In this document: in pieces, positions 27,507-37,020 of the stretch | Position numbering within the stretch: position 1 is the stretch's first letter | Layout of the letters: each line of letters starts with the position of its first letter | Assembly (NCBI GenBank): GCA_963674945.2 | Contig: CAXXWQ010000003.1 | Location: 2,016,001-2,080,000, forward strand | Length of the DNA: 64,000 bases | Direction: 5' to 3' | Source: an uncultured Desulfosarcina sp. | GTDB lineage: Bacteria; Desulfobacterota; Desulfobacteria; Desulfobacterales; Desulfosarcinaceae | Made by a program: the position numbers and the translations under genes | The notes under the pieces: generated by a model | Seen by the model: only the letters and a program-made list of their open reading frames with translations | What the model was told of the DNA's origin: nothing | The model's database searches: none

Positions 27507-27980
27507 ATGAAATATATACCCAAGAATATTCTTCGAGATACTTTTTGGTCTCCTCATAACAGATGGATGATCGGAATGGCAGTTGCTTGTACATATGGCG
27601 GAGCTTTATTATTTATAATAACTTTGATTCTAAAATTATTAGGCATAGGTTTTATCGTAGAGATATTCCACATTCCTGTATATATATTATCGAAATACGG
27701 AGACCATAGAATATTTTTTATTATGTATTATTTCACGATTGGTGGCCTAATATTTTACCCATCTTATAGGAAAAGAATTAAAGTCATATTTATCGGAAAA
27801 TACGATATATGCCCAAATTGTAATCAAAGTATTCGTATTTATGAAAAATGGCGGTGTAACTTTTGTAACCGATTACAGGATGAGGAAAGATATATTTTCG
27901 AGAAATGCAAACATTGTCATAGACGCGTTGACGTTTTTCTATGCGAACATTGTCATGAAGAGATAATAATGCCTAAATAA
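27507..27980 (+). CDS. Membrane protein with a C-terminal 8-Cys zinc-ribbon domain (paralogue 1)
   Basis: TM segments then CPNC..WRCNFC..CKHC..CEHC. Confidence 0.8.
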   Translation: MKYIPKNILRDTFWSPHNRWMIGMAVACTYGGALLFIITLILKLLGIGFIVEIFHIPVYILSKYGDHRIFFIMYYFTIGGLIFYPSYRKRIKVIFIGKYDICPNCNQSIRIYEKWRCNFCNRLQDEERYIFEKCKHCHRRVDVFLCEHCHEEIIMPK

Positions 27981-28029
27981 AAACATTAAAATATTGGTCA
28001 TATAATAATAGCTACAAGGTTAAATTTCT

Positions 28030-28401
28030 ATGAAACAAACAAGAAGCTTAAATCTGCGCAAGAAATATTTAATATCGAAAATTTTAATGATCTTGAGTAT
28101 ATTTATTTTTTCCTGTTACTTTTATATTATCTTTTTTACTGACGCTCCGTATAGTCCGTCTTTGAATCTTGCTACATTCTTAATTTTGCTTTTTATAATT
28201 TTGTATGTAAGTCCAACTTATAAAAAATACTTTCCATGTCCCTATTGCGATAAAAGTATTTTAATAAAAGAAAATTGGCAATGCGAGTACTGCAATAAAT
28301 TTCAAAATAAAAATCGTTTCATATATCAAGAATGTATTCATTGCCACCGTCAACTTAAATCTGTATTTTGCGAGCATTGCCATCAGGAAATCTCGTTATG
28401 A
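28030..28401 (+). CDS. Membrane protein with a C-terminal 8-Cys zinc-ribbon domain (paralogue 2)
   Basis: Two TM segments then CPYC..WQCEYC..CIHC..CEHC. Confidence 0.8.
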   Translation: MKQTRSLNLRKKYLISKILMILSIFIFSCYFYIIFFTDAPYSPSLNLATFLILLFIILYVSPTYKKYFPCPYCDKSILIKENWQCEYCNKFQNKNRFIYQECIHCHRQLKSVFCEHCHQEISL

Positions 28402-28877
28402 ATAGTGATAAAGATATCTTAAAGCTTGACATTAAACAAAAAAGCAATCGAGATTTGTTTCGGTTTTATTTTGTAATTTGCCTACCTGCCGCCATTGCCG
28501 TATTGCTCTATATTATTGGCATTTATAGCCAAAATATATTACTTGTCGGAATCGTTTGCATTTTAGCATTTCCAACATCAATTCTATTTTATAATCAAAT
28601 TTTACAGGATGAGATGTGGATTGTTTTACATATTTTTTTATTGTTCGTTTTTATTAATTACAGGATTTATAAGAAAAGAGAGAATCTTTGGTTAAGTAAG
28701 TTTAGCGTTTGTCCATATTGCAATAAAAGCATTTTAGTTTATGAAAAATGGCAATGTGATCATTGTTATAATTTTCAAAAAAAGGAAAGGTATATATTTG
28801 ATAAATGCCAAATTTGCGGAAGGTTCGTAGATATTTTTTGCTGTGAACATTGCCACAAGGAAATAAGGATCAGATAA
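28398..28877 (+). CDS. Membrane protein with a C-terminal 8-Cys zinc-ribbon domain (paralogue 3)
   Basis: ATG overlaps the previous TGA (ATGA at 28398); TM segments then CPYC..WQCDHC..CQIC..CEHC. Confidence 0.8.
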   Translation: MNSDKDILKLDIKQKSNRDLFRFYFVICLPAAIAVLLYIIGIYSQNILLVGIVCILAFPTSILFYNQILQDEMWIVLHIFLLFVFINYRIYKKRENLWLSKFSVCPYCNKSILVYEKWQCDHCYNFQKKERYIFDKCQICGRFVDIFCCEHCHKEIRIR

Positions 28878-29672
28878 ATGGTTTACACGAAAGCCACCAA
28901 AGAAGGCAGACTCCCTGTTTCAAGAAAACCGACCCGGCAGGAAATAGAAATATTAAAACAAAGCCAAAGCGGACAGTATCAGGTTGACCTAAACAGCCTT
29001 GGTGTTCACTCGCTGGTCAATGAATTGATTCTTAAATACAATCAAAATAACGATGTTGGCGTAATCAGGAGTTGGCTTAAAAGGCGGAAAGTGGAAGCGC
29101 AAAACCAGCAACTAAGCTCTTTGTTTGGCCTGGTTACTAACATAAGAGAAAATGCCAGTGATCTGGTAGAGTTTAAAGCTCAGCTTATGAGTCAACAGAT
29201 GGTGATGGGAAGCCGGATTACGGCAATTATTGAAGAAGCCAAATTCGCGGTAGACAGGCAAAGACAAGAACAAAAAACCTTCATAATTCGCCAGGCAGCT
29301 GAACGTGAACAAGCCAATTTAATGTTGGAAAGACTTAAACATGAAAATGAAGCGGCCCGGTGGCAGGCCGAAGCGGCTCGGTTCGAAGCCGAAGACTTAA
29401 AGCAAAAAGCCCGCATAACCGAATTAAGGGGGGATTTGATTGCCAAGATCATCCGGGAACTCTCATTTGCTGAAATTAATATGAAACAGGTCTTTGTCCT
29501 GATTGAAATGGTCAAAGACGCGTCCAGCCGGGACGATTTATTTACCGCTGATGCCCGCTGGGAACAGCTAAAAGCCGAAGCCGATAAGACCCAGGCCTTG
29601 GCTGACCAGGAAAAAACTAAAGCCGACCATGAGCGTTGGAAATTTGAGCAGGATAAGAAAGAGCCCGGCTAA
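28878..29672 (+). CDS. Coiled-coil hypothetical protein
   Basis: Q/E/A/K-rich helical sequence, translationally coupled to its neighbours. Confidence 0.78.
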   Translation: MVYTKATKEGRLPVSRKPTRQEIEILKQSQSGQYQVDLNSLGVHSLVNELILKYNQNNDVGVIRSWLKRRKVEAQNQQLSSLFGLVTNIRENASDLVEFKAQLMSQQMVMGSRITAIIEEAKFAVDRQRQEQKTFIIRQAAEREQANLMLERLKHENEAARWQAEAARFEAEDLKQKARITELRGDLIAKIIRELSFAEINMKQVFVLIEMVKDASSRDDLFTADARWEQLKAEADKTQALADQEKTKADHERWKFEQDKKEPG

Positions 29673-30913
29673 TGTATGATTTTAAATTCGGCCGTTTAGA
29701 AAATTTAGAGCACGAAATAGCGCGCGTTAGGGATATAAGCGTCCGTTATCAGCATACCTATATTCTGGGTACGACCGGAACCGGCAAAACCAGCCTCATG
29801 CTCCGCATGGCTCTTTATGACATCAATTACGGCTGCGCCTGCATTTTTATCGATCCTAAAGGGGATCACGCCCGCGCCCTTTATAACCTTATCCCGGATA
29901 AAGACCGGGTCGTCTATTTTTCCTATAATCATCCCAGCTTAACCATTAATCCACTGCGCAAGAGCGGATATCATCCCCTTGATATTTCCGATGAGTTCAC
30001 TGAGGTTTTAGATATTGTTATCAAACAGGCATCGGCCACTAATCCTCCGGCCAGTGAGAATATGAAAGAGATTATTACCCAGACAATATTGGCTCTGGCT
30101 GAAGAAGATAGAAACATAGATTTCCTGTATGATTTTCTAACCTATAAAAATGTGAGAAATAATTATTTTCAAAAAAGTCGGCCGGATTATTGGCGGCATT
30201 TCGACCAGGTGCGAAAGGGCAGGGTAGCCGACGAGGTTTTAACGGCCAGAAGAATCGCCGTCCGCTTAAGTAAGTTTATTATGGATGAGAGGTTTAAAAA
30301 AATTATTTCGGGAAAAAATGAACTGGATATCGCTGACATCGCCCGAAATAAAAAAGTAATAATCGTGGATACCTCCGGCATGTCGCTTGATAAACGGATA
30401 TACATTACCGCCCTTTTCTCATTTGCCGTTAAATCATATTGCGAATTTCAAAAGCAGGAAAAATATTACCCGCTAATGTTTTACCTGGATGAATGCTGGA
30501 TGGGCGTTAATGACAGTTTTGAATATTTACTGTCTTTTGCCCGTTCCTTCAAAGTCGGCTTGACTCTGGCGCATCAAAACCTTCATCAATTTTCAGATTA
30601 CAAGACTGTTAAGAGAATCATTAGTATTTGTAACACCAAAGTGGCCTACTTCCCGGCCGGCAATGAAGAAGCGCGCCTGCTCGCGGAAATTTTCGGTTTG
30701 ACCCTTGACGATTTTCGTAAATTAGGGACCTTTCAAGCCTGGGTAAGGATCGGCAATAAAAATACTTTGGTCAAAACCTATCCGCCGCCTGAGCCAGAGA
30801 CTTTGGATGTCCCGGAGCTTGAACCGGAAAAACAAGCCATCTCCGATCGAACTAAATTGCCGGAAGAAACGAAAAATGTAAATTTCCTTCGTGATTGTTG
30901 GTTTCCTTGCTAA
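29672..30913 (+). CDS. VirD4/TraG/TraD-like coupling-protein ATPase with no evident TM anchor
   Basis: HTYILGTTGTGKT, FIDPKGD, FYLDEC and ARSFKVGLTLAHQNLHQ. Confidence 0.85.
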   Translation: MYDFKFGRLENLEHEIARVRDISVRYQHTYILGTTGTGKTSLMLRMALYDINYGCACIFIDPKGDHARALYNLIPDKDRVVYFSYNHPSLTINPLRKSGYHPLDISDEFTEVLDIVIKQASATNPPASENMKEIITQTILALAEEDRNIDFLYDFLTYKNVRNNYFQKSRPDYWRHFDQVRKGRVADEVLTARRIAVRLSKFIMDERFKKIISGKNELDIADIARNKKVIIVDTSGMSLDKRIYITALFSFAVKSYCEFQKQEKYYPLMFYLDECWMGVNDSFEYLLSFARSFKVGLTLAHQNLHQFSDYKTVKRIISICNTKVAYFPAGNEEARLLAEIFGLTLDDFRKLGTFQAWVRIGNKNTLVKTYPPPEPETLDVPELEPEKQAISDRTKLPEETKNVNFLRDCWFPC

Positions 30914-31001
30914 AAAAGTTATTTCTTTAGGTTGGATTTGAGGAATGGGCTTATTCACACAAACCTCCGCCCCTGGGCGAACCGCAAGGGCGGAGAAAAG
31001 G

Positions 31002-31220
31002 TTAGGTCAGCCCATGCTTGTCCGGGCAAGTACGAGCCGGCCTTTTAGCAGGTTTGGAAGCAAGCTCCTTAAGGTTTGATTGCAGGATGTCACGGTCAAA
31101 AAAGATCGCTCCGGCCAGTTTAAATCGCCCGGGAATTTGGGCTTGCCTGGCATACACCCATTTAGGGGATTTTTTTAAAAAGGAAGCTACTTCTTTGACC
31201 GTGAGGTAGGGACTGTCCAT
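31002..31220 (-). CDS. Excisionase-like HTH protein
   Basis: YLTVKEVASFLKKSPKWVY...IPGRFKLAG; GGAGG RBS; divergent from the integrase. Confidence 0.8.
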   Translation of the reverse strand: MDSPYLTVKEVASFLKKSPKWVYARQAQIPGRFKLAGAIFFDRDILQSNLKELASKPAKRPARTCPDKHGLT

Positions 31221-31403
31221 AACAAACCTCCGTTATGTATCCCTATTTCCTCACAATTCAATATCACCTTTTAACTTTTTAAAGTAAGAGCAAAACCGCC
31301 TCCATCTTTGAACCTACTATTGCCTTTAAGGAAAGGATAAAATGCTTATTTTGAAAAAGCAATTGATTATCTTCGGAGGGCAAGAAATCAGGACGAAAAA
31401 TCC

Positions 31404-32357
31404 ATGGGACAGTACAAACGAAAAATAAAAAAGGGTGTGCGCTGGTATTATTCCGGCCAATACCTAACGACTAAATACCATTCTAAGGCTATTTATTTGA
31501 CCAAGGGCGAATGCGCCAAGGCCGAGCGGGAAGAATTAAAAGAACTGGACAAAGAGGCCAGAAATCCAAGCAATGATATTAAACTTAAGGCCTTGATGGA
31601 GAACCGGCTGGATGAGATCGAAGCCAGGAAGTCAAAAGACTATTACCGGGAGAACCGCCGCTATTTCAAAAGTGCCCTGGCCGAATTCGGGGATGTCATG
31701 GCCAGCGAGGTCACCAAATCAATGGCCAATGACCTGCTTATCAAGGAAGCGCAGCGGCTAAGAAAAGAAAAAAAATCCAATTTCAAAGTTAATTCAATGC
31801 TCCGGTCTCTGAAGGCTCTATTCAATTACGGCAATAAAATCTATGACCTTGACCTGAAAAATCCCTTTAACCTGGATTTCTATCCTATAGACATTAACCT
31901 TAAATACATTCCGCCAGAAGGCCATATTGTAGCGGTTAAAGCCGAATGCAACGAAATCCAGAGCTTGTTGATAGATTTTGTGGACCAAACCGCCTGCCGG
32001 ATCATGGAAGCATGCCGGTTCAAATATTCTGATGTTGACGGTGACATAATTACCTTATGGACCCGAAAAAGCCGAAACAGCAATCTAACCCCGCGCCGGA
32101 TACCGGTGCCAAACTGCATTGACGGACTTAAGGGAAAAGGGAAAGTTTTCCCTTATTCGGTTCTACCTCGATATTTGGAAAGAAAAATAACCAAGTTGAA
32201 ATTGCCGGTATTCTCGTGGCACAACTTAAGGCACCGCCGCGCCTCTTTATGGGCTAATAGCGGTATGAGCCTGTTCGAGATATCCCACCGCCTGGGTCAT
32301 TCCAACCTGAAAACGACCCAAGGGTATCTCCAATTACTCGGATTTACCAAATTTTAA
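31404..32357 (+). CDS. Tyrosine integrase (tRNA-Phe-adjacent)
   Basis: TACRIMEA, HNLRHRRA, LGH and TQGY catalytic motifs; tandem TTCTTTAGC repeats (32364, 32375) just downstream. Confidence 0.92.
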   Translation: MGQYKRKIKKGVRWYYSGQYLTTKYHSKAIYLTKGECAKAEREELKELDKEARNPSNDIKLKALMENRLDEIEARKSKDYYRENRRYFKSALAEFGDVMASEVTKSMANDLLIKEAQRLRKEKKSNFKVNSMLRSLKALFNYGNKIYDLDLKNPFNLDFYPIDINLKYIPPEGHIVAVKAECNEIQSLLIDFVDQTACRIMEACRFKYSDVDGDIITLWTRKSRNSNLTPRRIPVPNCIDGLKGKGKVFPYSVLPRYLERKITKLKLPVFSWHNLRHRRASLWANSGMSLFEISHRLGHSNLKTTQGYLQLLGFTKF

Positions 32358-32440
32358 ATTTTTTTCTTTAGCCATTCTTTAGCGGGAAGAAATAAAAAAG
32401 GGTACTAAGCTCAAAGCTAAGTACCCGATTTTATTTAAAG

Positions 32441-32513
32441 TGCCGAGGGACAGAATCGAACTGCCGACACGGGGATTTTCAGTCCCCTGCTCTACCGACT
32501 GAGCTACCTCGGC
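32441..32513 (-). tRNA. tRNA-Phe (GAA), CCA not encoded
   Basis: GCCGAGGTAGCTCAGTCGGTAGAGCAGGGGACTGAAAATCCCCGTGTCGGCAGTTCGATTCTGTCCCTCGGCA folds as a cloverleaf. Confidence 0.97.
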
Positions 32514-32607
32514 GGGCTTTTCCGAAACGGTGGAACGTTGTTTCGAGAAAGGCAGCTTATATACCGTTATCGGGAATCAAGTCAAGGGCTTTTTTGTTCA
32601 TCGACCG

Positions 32608-34398
32608 TTAAAAACCATAGATCAGCGGGGACAGGGTAATCGTCATGATGGCGACGATGAGGGTCAAGACGGAGCCGATCTTGGCAAAATCGGTGAACTT
32701 GTATTCGCCCGGTCCCCATATCATTAAATTGGTCTGATACCCGGTGGGGGTGATGAAGGCGCAGGAGGCCGATATCATCAGGGTGATGGCAAAGGGCATG
32801 AAGTTGACCTCCAATTGCGATGCCGTGGAAAGGGCGATGGGAAACATGAAGGCCGCTGCGGCGTTGTTGGTGATCATGTTGGTCATGACGGAACAGCCCA
32901 CGAAGATCACAAGCAGCGCCAGGTGCGGATTGTCTCCGCCCAGGGTTTTGAGCAACCCGGCGATCTGGTCCGCCAGACCGCTTCGGGTCACCGCCGATTC
33001 CAGGCCGATGGCGCAGGCGATGACCACCAGCGTTCCCCAATCGATACTTCGGGCTGCGGTGCGGAAGGTCAGACAGCCGGTGAGGAGCATGAGGCCGGTG
33101 GCCAGCAGACTGGCGTTGAGCATGCTCATCCAGCCCATTGCCACGACGAAGACCATTGCCAGGGTGATGAGGGTGGATTCCACGGCCCGGTCCGTGCGCT
33201 GGAGGTGAAAGCCGTCCAGGGCCTTGGTCATTGCGAAATGGTGATCGATCTGGCAGGCATAGAAAAAGTCGTCGTTGACCTCCAAAACGGCGTTGTCGCC
33301 GGCTTCGATGGTCACTTCCTCCAGAGGACCTTCCAGGGGCTTTCCATCCCGGGAAAGGGCGACGAATTTGTATTGGCAGGCATCCACATCCCTGTCAAGG
33401 TCGGGGATTTTTTTCCCCACGGAAGAACTTTGCCGTGAGACGACGGCCTTGACCAAGTGGTGGGTGTGCCGCTGGGTTTCCATGGGATTCAGGGTCAGGT
33501 GGGGCACTAGGTCATTGGTTCGCCACAATTCGACCATGGCGGTGTCGTCGGTGGAAAAGGAGATGAGGTCGCCAGCCTGCAACCGTTCGTGCATCAGGTC
33601 GTTGGTGAGGATCTTTCCGTCCCGCTGGATATAGAGCACCTGGACGTTGTCGCCGTTGGCGACTCCGGTCTCCTCCAGTGTTCGGCCGTCGATGCGGGAG
33701 CCCTGGCGGACCTCGAATTCCGCCGTATAGTGACGCAAGGCCGCGTCGGTATCCCGGTCCTCTTTGTTTCCGGTTAGAAAAAATCGACCTGCCAGGATCA
33801 TGAAACCGATGCCTACCACGGCGATAGGAATGGCCAACAGCGCAGGATCGAACATGTGCAGGGCACGGATTCCGGAAACATAGGTTCCATTGGAGATGGC
33901 CTCCATGACCAGGCCCGCGACGACCAGGTTGGTGGAGGTGCCGATGATCGTACACATGCCGCCCATGATCGATGCGAAGCTGAGGGGCATGTACAGTTGC
34001 TTGGCCGGTAGCCTGCCTGACCGGGAGATGTCACGGATCACCGGAATCATCATGGCCACCAGGGGCGTGTTGTTGAGAAACGCGCTTCCGAAGGCGACGG
34101 GGGGCAGGATTTTGATCTGGGCTCCTGCGACGGTGCGGGGCAGCCCGATGAGTTTGGCCATGATCATGGTGATGGCGCCTGTGGCATACATGCCGGCGGC
34201 TACCATGAAGAGAACGGCGACGGTGAGCATTCCCTGGTTGCTGAATCCCTTGAGCAGTTCATGGGCAGGCGCGAGCCGCAGTGTCAATGCGACGGTGAGT
34301 GCGCCGAGAAATATGGCCGGCGCCGGTATCTTCGTCTTGATGAGCAAGATGAAGAGCGCCAGCAGCAGAGCGAGGGTAATGTAGGCTGCCAGGGTCAT
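32608..34398 (-). CDS. SLC13/CitMHS permease with TrkA-C domains
   Basis: SAFLNNTPLVA, GTSTNL and TPTGYQTN motifs with central TrkA-C-like repeats. Confidence 0.92.
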   Translation of the reverse strand: MTLAAYITLALLLALFILLIKTKIPAPAIFLGALTVALTLRLAPAHELLKGFSNQGMLTVAVLFMVAAGMYATGAITMIMAKLIGLPRTVAGAQIKILPPVAFGSAFLNNTPLVAMMIPVIRDISRSGRLPAKQLYMPLSFASIMGGMCTIIGTSTNLVVAGLVMEAISNGTYVSGIRALHMFDPALLAIPIAVVGIGFMILAGRFFLTGNKEDRDTDAALRHYTAEFEVRQGSRIDGRTLEETGVANGDNVQVLYIQRDGKILTNDLMHERLQAGDLISFSTDDTAMVELWRTNDLVPHLTLNPMETQRHTHHLVKAVVSRQSSSVGKKIPDLDRDVDACQYKFVALSRDGKPLEGPLEEVTIEAGDNAVLEVNDDFFYACQIDHHFAMTKALDGFHLQRTDRAVESTLITLAMVFVVAMGWMSMLNASLLATGLMLLTGCLTFRTAARSIDWGTLVVIACAIGLESAVTRSGLADQIAGLLKTLGGDNPHLALLVIFVGCSVMTNMITNNAAAAFMFPIALSTASQLEVNFMPFAITLMISASCAFITPTGYQTNLMIWGPGEYKFTDFAKIGSVLTLIVAIMTITLSPLIYGF

Positions 34399-34501
34399 AT
34401 GGTCTCAACCAGTTATGAGTGATGCGTAATGAGTGATCAGTAACCAGCAATCAGTGATGCGTAATGAGTGATCGGTGAACCGAGAACTGTAAACAGTGAA
34501 T

Positions 34502-35038
34502 TTAATAATTGGCGTCGGCAAATTCAAGCCAGCCACCGGCGGCTACCAGATCCGAATCGAATTTGGATATGGTGAAGGTGACGGTTTTCGATGTTTTACC
34601 TGTGGATAAGGTAATGGTGCCGGCCGTAAAATCGGTTTCGGCTACCGTATCGCGGCCTGCGAAGGTGGTGAACAACTCGTCGATGACATTCGGCGGCAGT
34701 TCCACGGCCATCATTCCGCAGTTGAACATATTCTGGCGAAAAATCCGGGCGAAGCTTTCCCCCACCACGATGTTGATGCCGTTGACCTCGAGTGCCCATG
34801 GGGCATGCTCCCGGGATGAGCCGCAGCCGAAATTGCCCCTCGTGACGATCACTCCCTTTCCTTTGATGTCGGAGGCCGAGTCGAACTCCTCTAAGTTGAG
34901 ATCTTCCAGAAGGTAGGGAGCAAGTGCCTCGCGGGAGATTTCCGTCAGGTACTTGGCAGGAATGATTTCGTCGGTGTTGATATCCGATCGGTCGAGAAAG
35001 AGCACGTTGCCGTTAAACGTTTTCATCAAAGTCTCCAT
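34502..35038 (-). CDS. leuD: 3-isopropylmalate dehydratase small subunit
   Basis: DINTDEIIP, NFGCGSSREHAPWAL and SFARIF. Confidence 0.93.
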   Translation of the reverse strand: METLMKTFNGNVLFLDRSDINTDEIIPAKYLTEISREALAPYLLEDLNLEEFDSASDIKGKGVIVTRGNFGCGSSREHAPWALEVNGINIVVGESFARIFRQNMFNCGMMAVELPPNVIDELFTTFAGRDTVAETDFTAGTITLSTGKTSKTVTFTISKFDSDLVAAGGWLEFADANY

Positions 35039-35110
35039 ATTCTTCAGTCCAGAAAGCTCTGACTTTTGTACCGGGTTAGAGATGAATGGCTCATCAGTAA
35101 GATTGTCACG

Positions 35111-35280
35111 AGAATCCAGGAGTCAGAATTCAGGGCCGCCGCCGACCTTTGGCCGGTTTGAACGACAACTGAAACTATGCCATTTGGGCGTAGTTTCATA
35201 CGAGAATTCAGAACCCAGAATCATCCATTCGCCTTCGGTTCGATCCATTTGATCCAATCGGCGGAGCGAAGCGACTTCAA
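35111..35280 (+). repeat. Intergenic host repeat, copy 1
   Basis: AGAATCCAGGAGTC..GACCTTTGGCCGG..GAAACTATGCCATTTGGGCGTAGTTTCATACGAGAAT recurs at 36749. Confidence 0.8.
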
Positions 35281-35384
35281 ATTTCTTCCGGCCCCTGAAT
35301 ACAGGATTCAAGCTCCTGCGGTCATGGCAAATCCTTTACCAGGAAAACGCGAAACCGGGTCCATTGGAACACGAATTCTACTCA

Positions 35385-36665
35385 CTACAGCCGTGATGCC
35401 TCGGCGATGGACCCGGCGATGGCCGTTGCCGCGGCGGTAGCCGGGCTCATCAGGTGGACCATTCCCCCCTTGCCCATGCGGCCGTTAAAGTTACGATTGG
35501 TGGTGGATGCACATACTTCGCCTTCGGCCAAGACCCCGTTGCTCATGCCCAGGCAGGCACCGCATGTGGGGTTGGTCACGCAAAATCCGGCATCCAGGAA
35601 AATCTGGATGATCCCCTCGGCAAGGGCCTGGTTGAACACTTTCGGTGTGGCGGGACTGACGATGGCCCGAACATGTTCGCTGATGCGTTTTCCTCGGAGC
35701 ACCCTGGCGGCGGCGCGAAGATCGCTGATGCGACCGTTGGTGCACGAACCGATGTAGACCTGGTCCACCTTTGTTCCGGCCATCTCGGAAACCGGTTTAA
35801 CGTTGTCCGGCTTGTATCCGAAAGTGACCACGGGCGTTAGATGGGAGACGTCGTGGTCGATGGTTTGGACGTAATCGGCATCGGAGTCAGGCAAATACTT
35901 CCCGTAGGTTTCAAGCGCCGCCTCGATACTGTCGAACTCATCCCCGATAAACGGCCAAAGGTATTCCACCGTGACCCGATCCGGTTCGCAGATCCCGCAG
36001 GTGCCTCCCGCCTCGATGGCCATGTTGCAAAGGGTCATGCGCGATTCCATGTCCATGGCCGTAACCATGGGACCGGCAAACTCGATCACCTTGTTCGTTG
36101 CGCCGTTGACGCCGATCCGGCCGATGACCGACAGGATGACGTCCTTGGCGTAAACGCCGTCCGGCAAGGTGCCCGTGATGTTGATGCGAATGGTTTCGGG
36201 GGTCTTGAATGCACAGACACCTTTTAAAATACCCACCTCCAGGTCCGTGGTGCCCACACCGGCGGCGAAGGCGCCGAAGGCGCCATGGGTGCAGGTGTGA
36301 GAATCGCCCATGATCACCGTATAGCCGGGGCGGACGTAACCCTTTTCCGGAAAGAGGGCATGACAGACCCCGTTGGCGCCGACATCGAAGAAGTCGACGA
36401 TATCGTGTCGCCTGGCCCAGTCCCGCAGGATCTTGCCCTGCATGGCGGTCTTGGAATCCTTGGCCGGTGTCACATGGTCGATGACCACCTTGATTTTCGA
36501 AGGATCGAAGACCCGGTCCTTTCCTCGATGCATCAGGTCCACGATGGCCGGTGGTGTCGTGATTTCGTGACAGAAGACGGCATCTAAGGCAAGTACGTGA
36601 ATTCCCGTATCCGGCGAACCCAGTCGATGATCGTCAAATATTTTTTGTGCAATGGTACGGCCCAT
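35385..36665 (-). CDS. leuC: 3-isopropylmalate dehydratase large subunit
   Basis: GDSHTCTHGA, IGSCTNGR, CGACLG and STTNRNF. Confidence 0.95.
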   Translation of the reverse strand: MGRTIAQKIFDDHRLGSPDTGIHVLALDAVFCHEITTPPAIVDLMHRGKDRVFDPSKIKVVIDHVTPAKDSKTAMQGKILRDWARRHDIVDFFDVGANGVCHALFPEKGYVRPGYTVIMGDSHTCTHGAFGAFAAGVGTTDLEVGILKGVCAFKTPETIRINITGTLPDGVYAKDVILSVIGRIGVNGATNKVIEFAGPMVTAMDMESRMTLCNMAIEAGGTCGICEPDRVTVEYLWPFIGDEFDSIEAALETYGKYLPDSDADYVQTIDHDVSHLTPVVTFGYKPDNVKPVSEMAGTKVDQVYIGSCTNGRISDLRAAARVLRGKRISEHVRAIVSPATPKVFNQALAEGIIQIFLDAGFCVTNPTCGACLGMSNGVLAEGEVCASTTNRNFNGRMGKGGMVHLMSPATAAATAIAGSIAEASRL

Positions 36666-36748
36666 ATTGTTATTCCTTCTCTTCGTCTATAACGTCTGAT
36701 TCTCTGGAATAGGTCAGCGATAGATGGCCCTTGCGCAAGATTGTTAAA

Positions 36749-36905
36749 AGAATCCAGGAGTCGGAATTCAGCGCCGCAGACCTTTGGCCGGTTTGAAAGA
36801 CAACTGAAACTATGCCATTTTGGCGTAGTTTCATACGAGAATCCGGAATCAGGTTTTCGGCTTCGGCTCAATCCCAATCATATCAAATCGACGGAGCGAA
36901 GCGAC
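36749..36905 (+). repeat. Intergenic host repeat, copy 2
   Basis: Matches 35111-35280; the two copies bracket leuC. Confidence 0.8.
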
Positions 36906-37020
36906 ATCCAAGTCATTCTGACTCCTGAATGCTGTCTCCTGACTCCTGTGTTTCCCACGATCTTTGTGTATTTCCCTTCCAGTGGTCATCCAAAACCCGG
37001 AGCTTCCTGAACCCGTATTT

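Larger units (their letters stand above)
1..32440. mobile_element. Integrative (probably mobilisable) genomic island inserted at the tRNA-Phe 3' end; left end outside the window
   Basis: Visibly AT-rich up to ~32440, then an abrupt switch to GC-rich housekeeping genes. The integrase at 31404-32357 ends about 80 bp from the tRNA 3' end. The region holds relaxase-like, coupling-protein, defence and IS genes. Confidence 0.88.
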
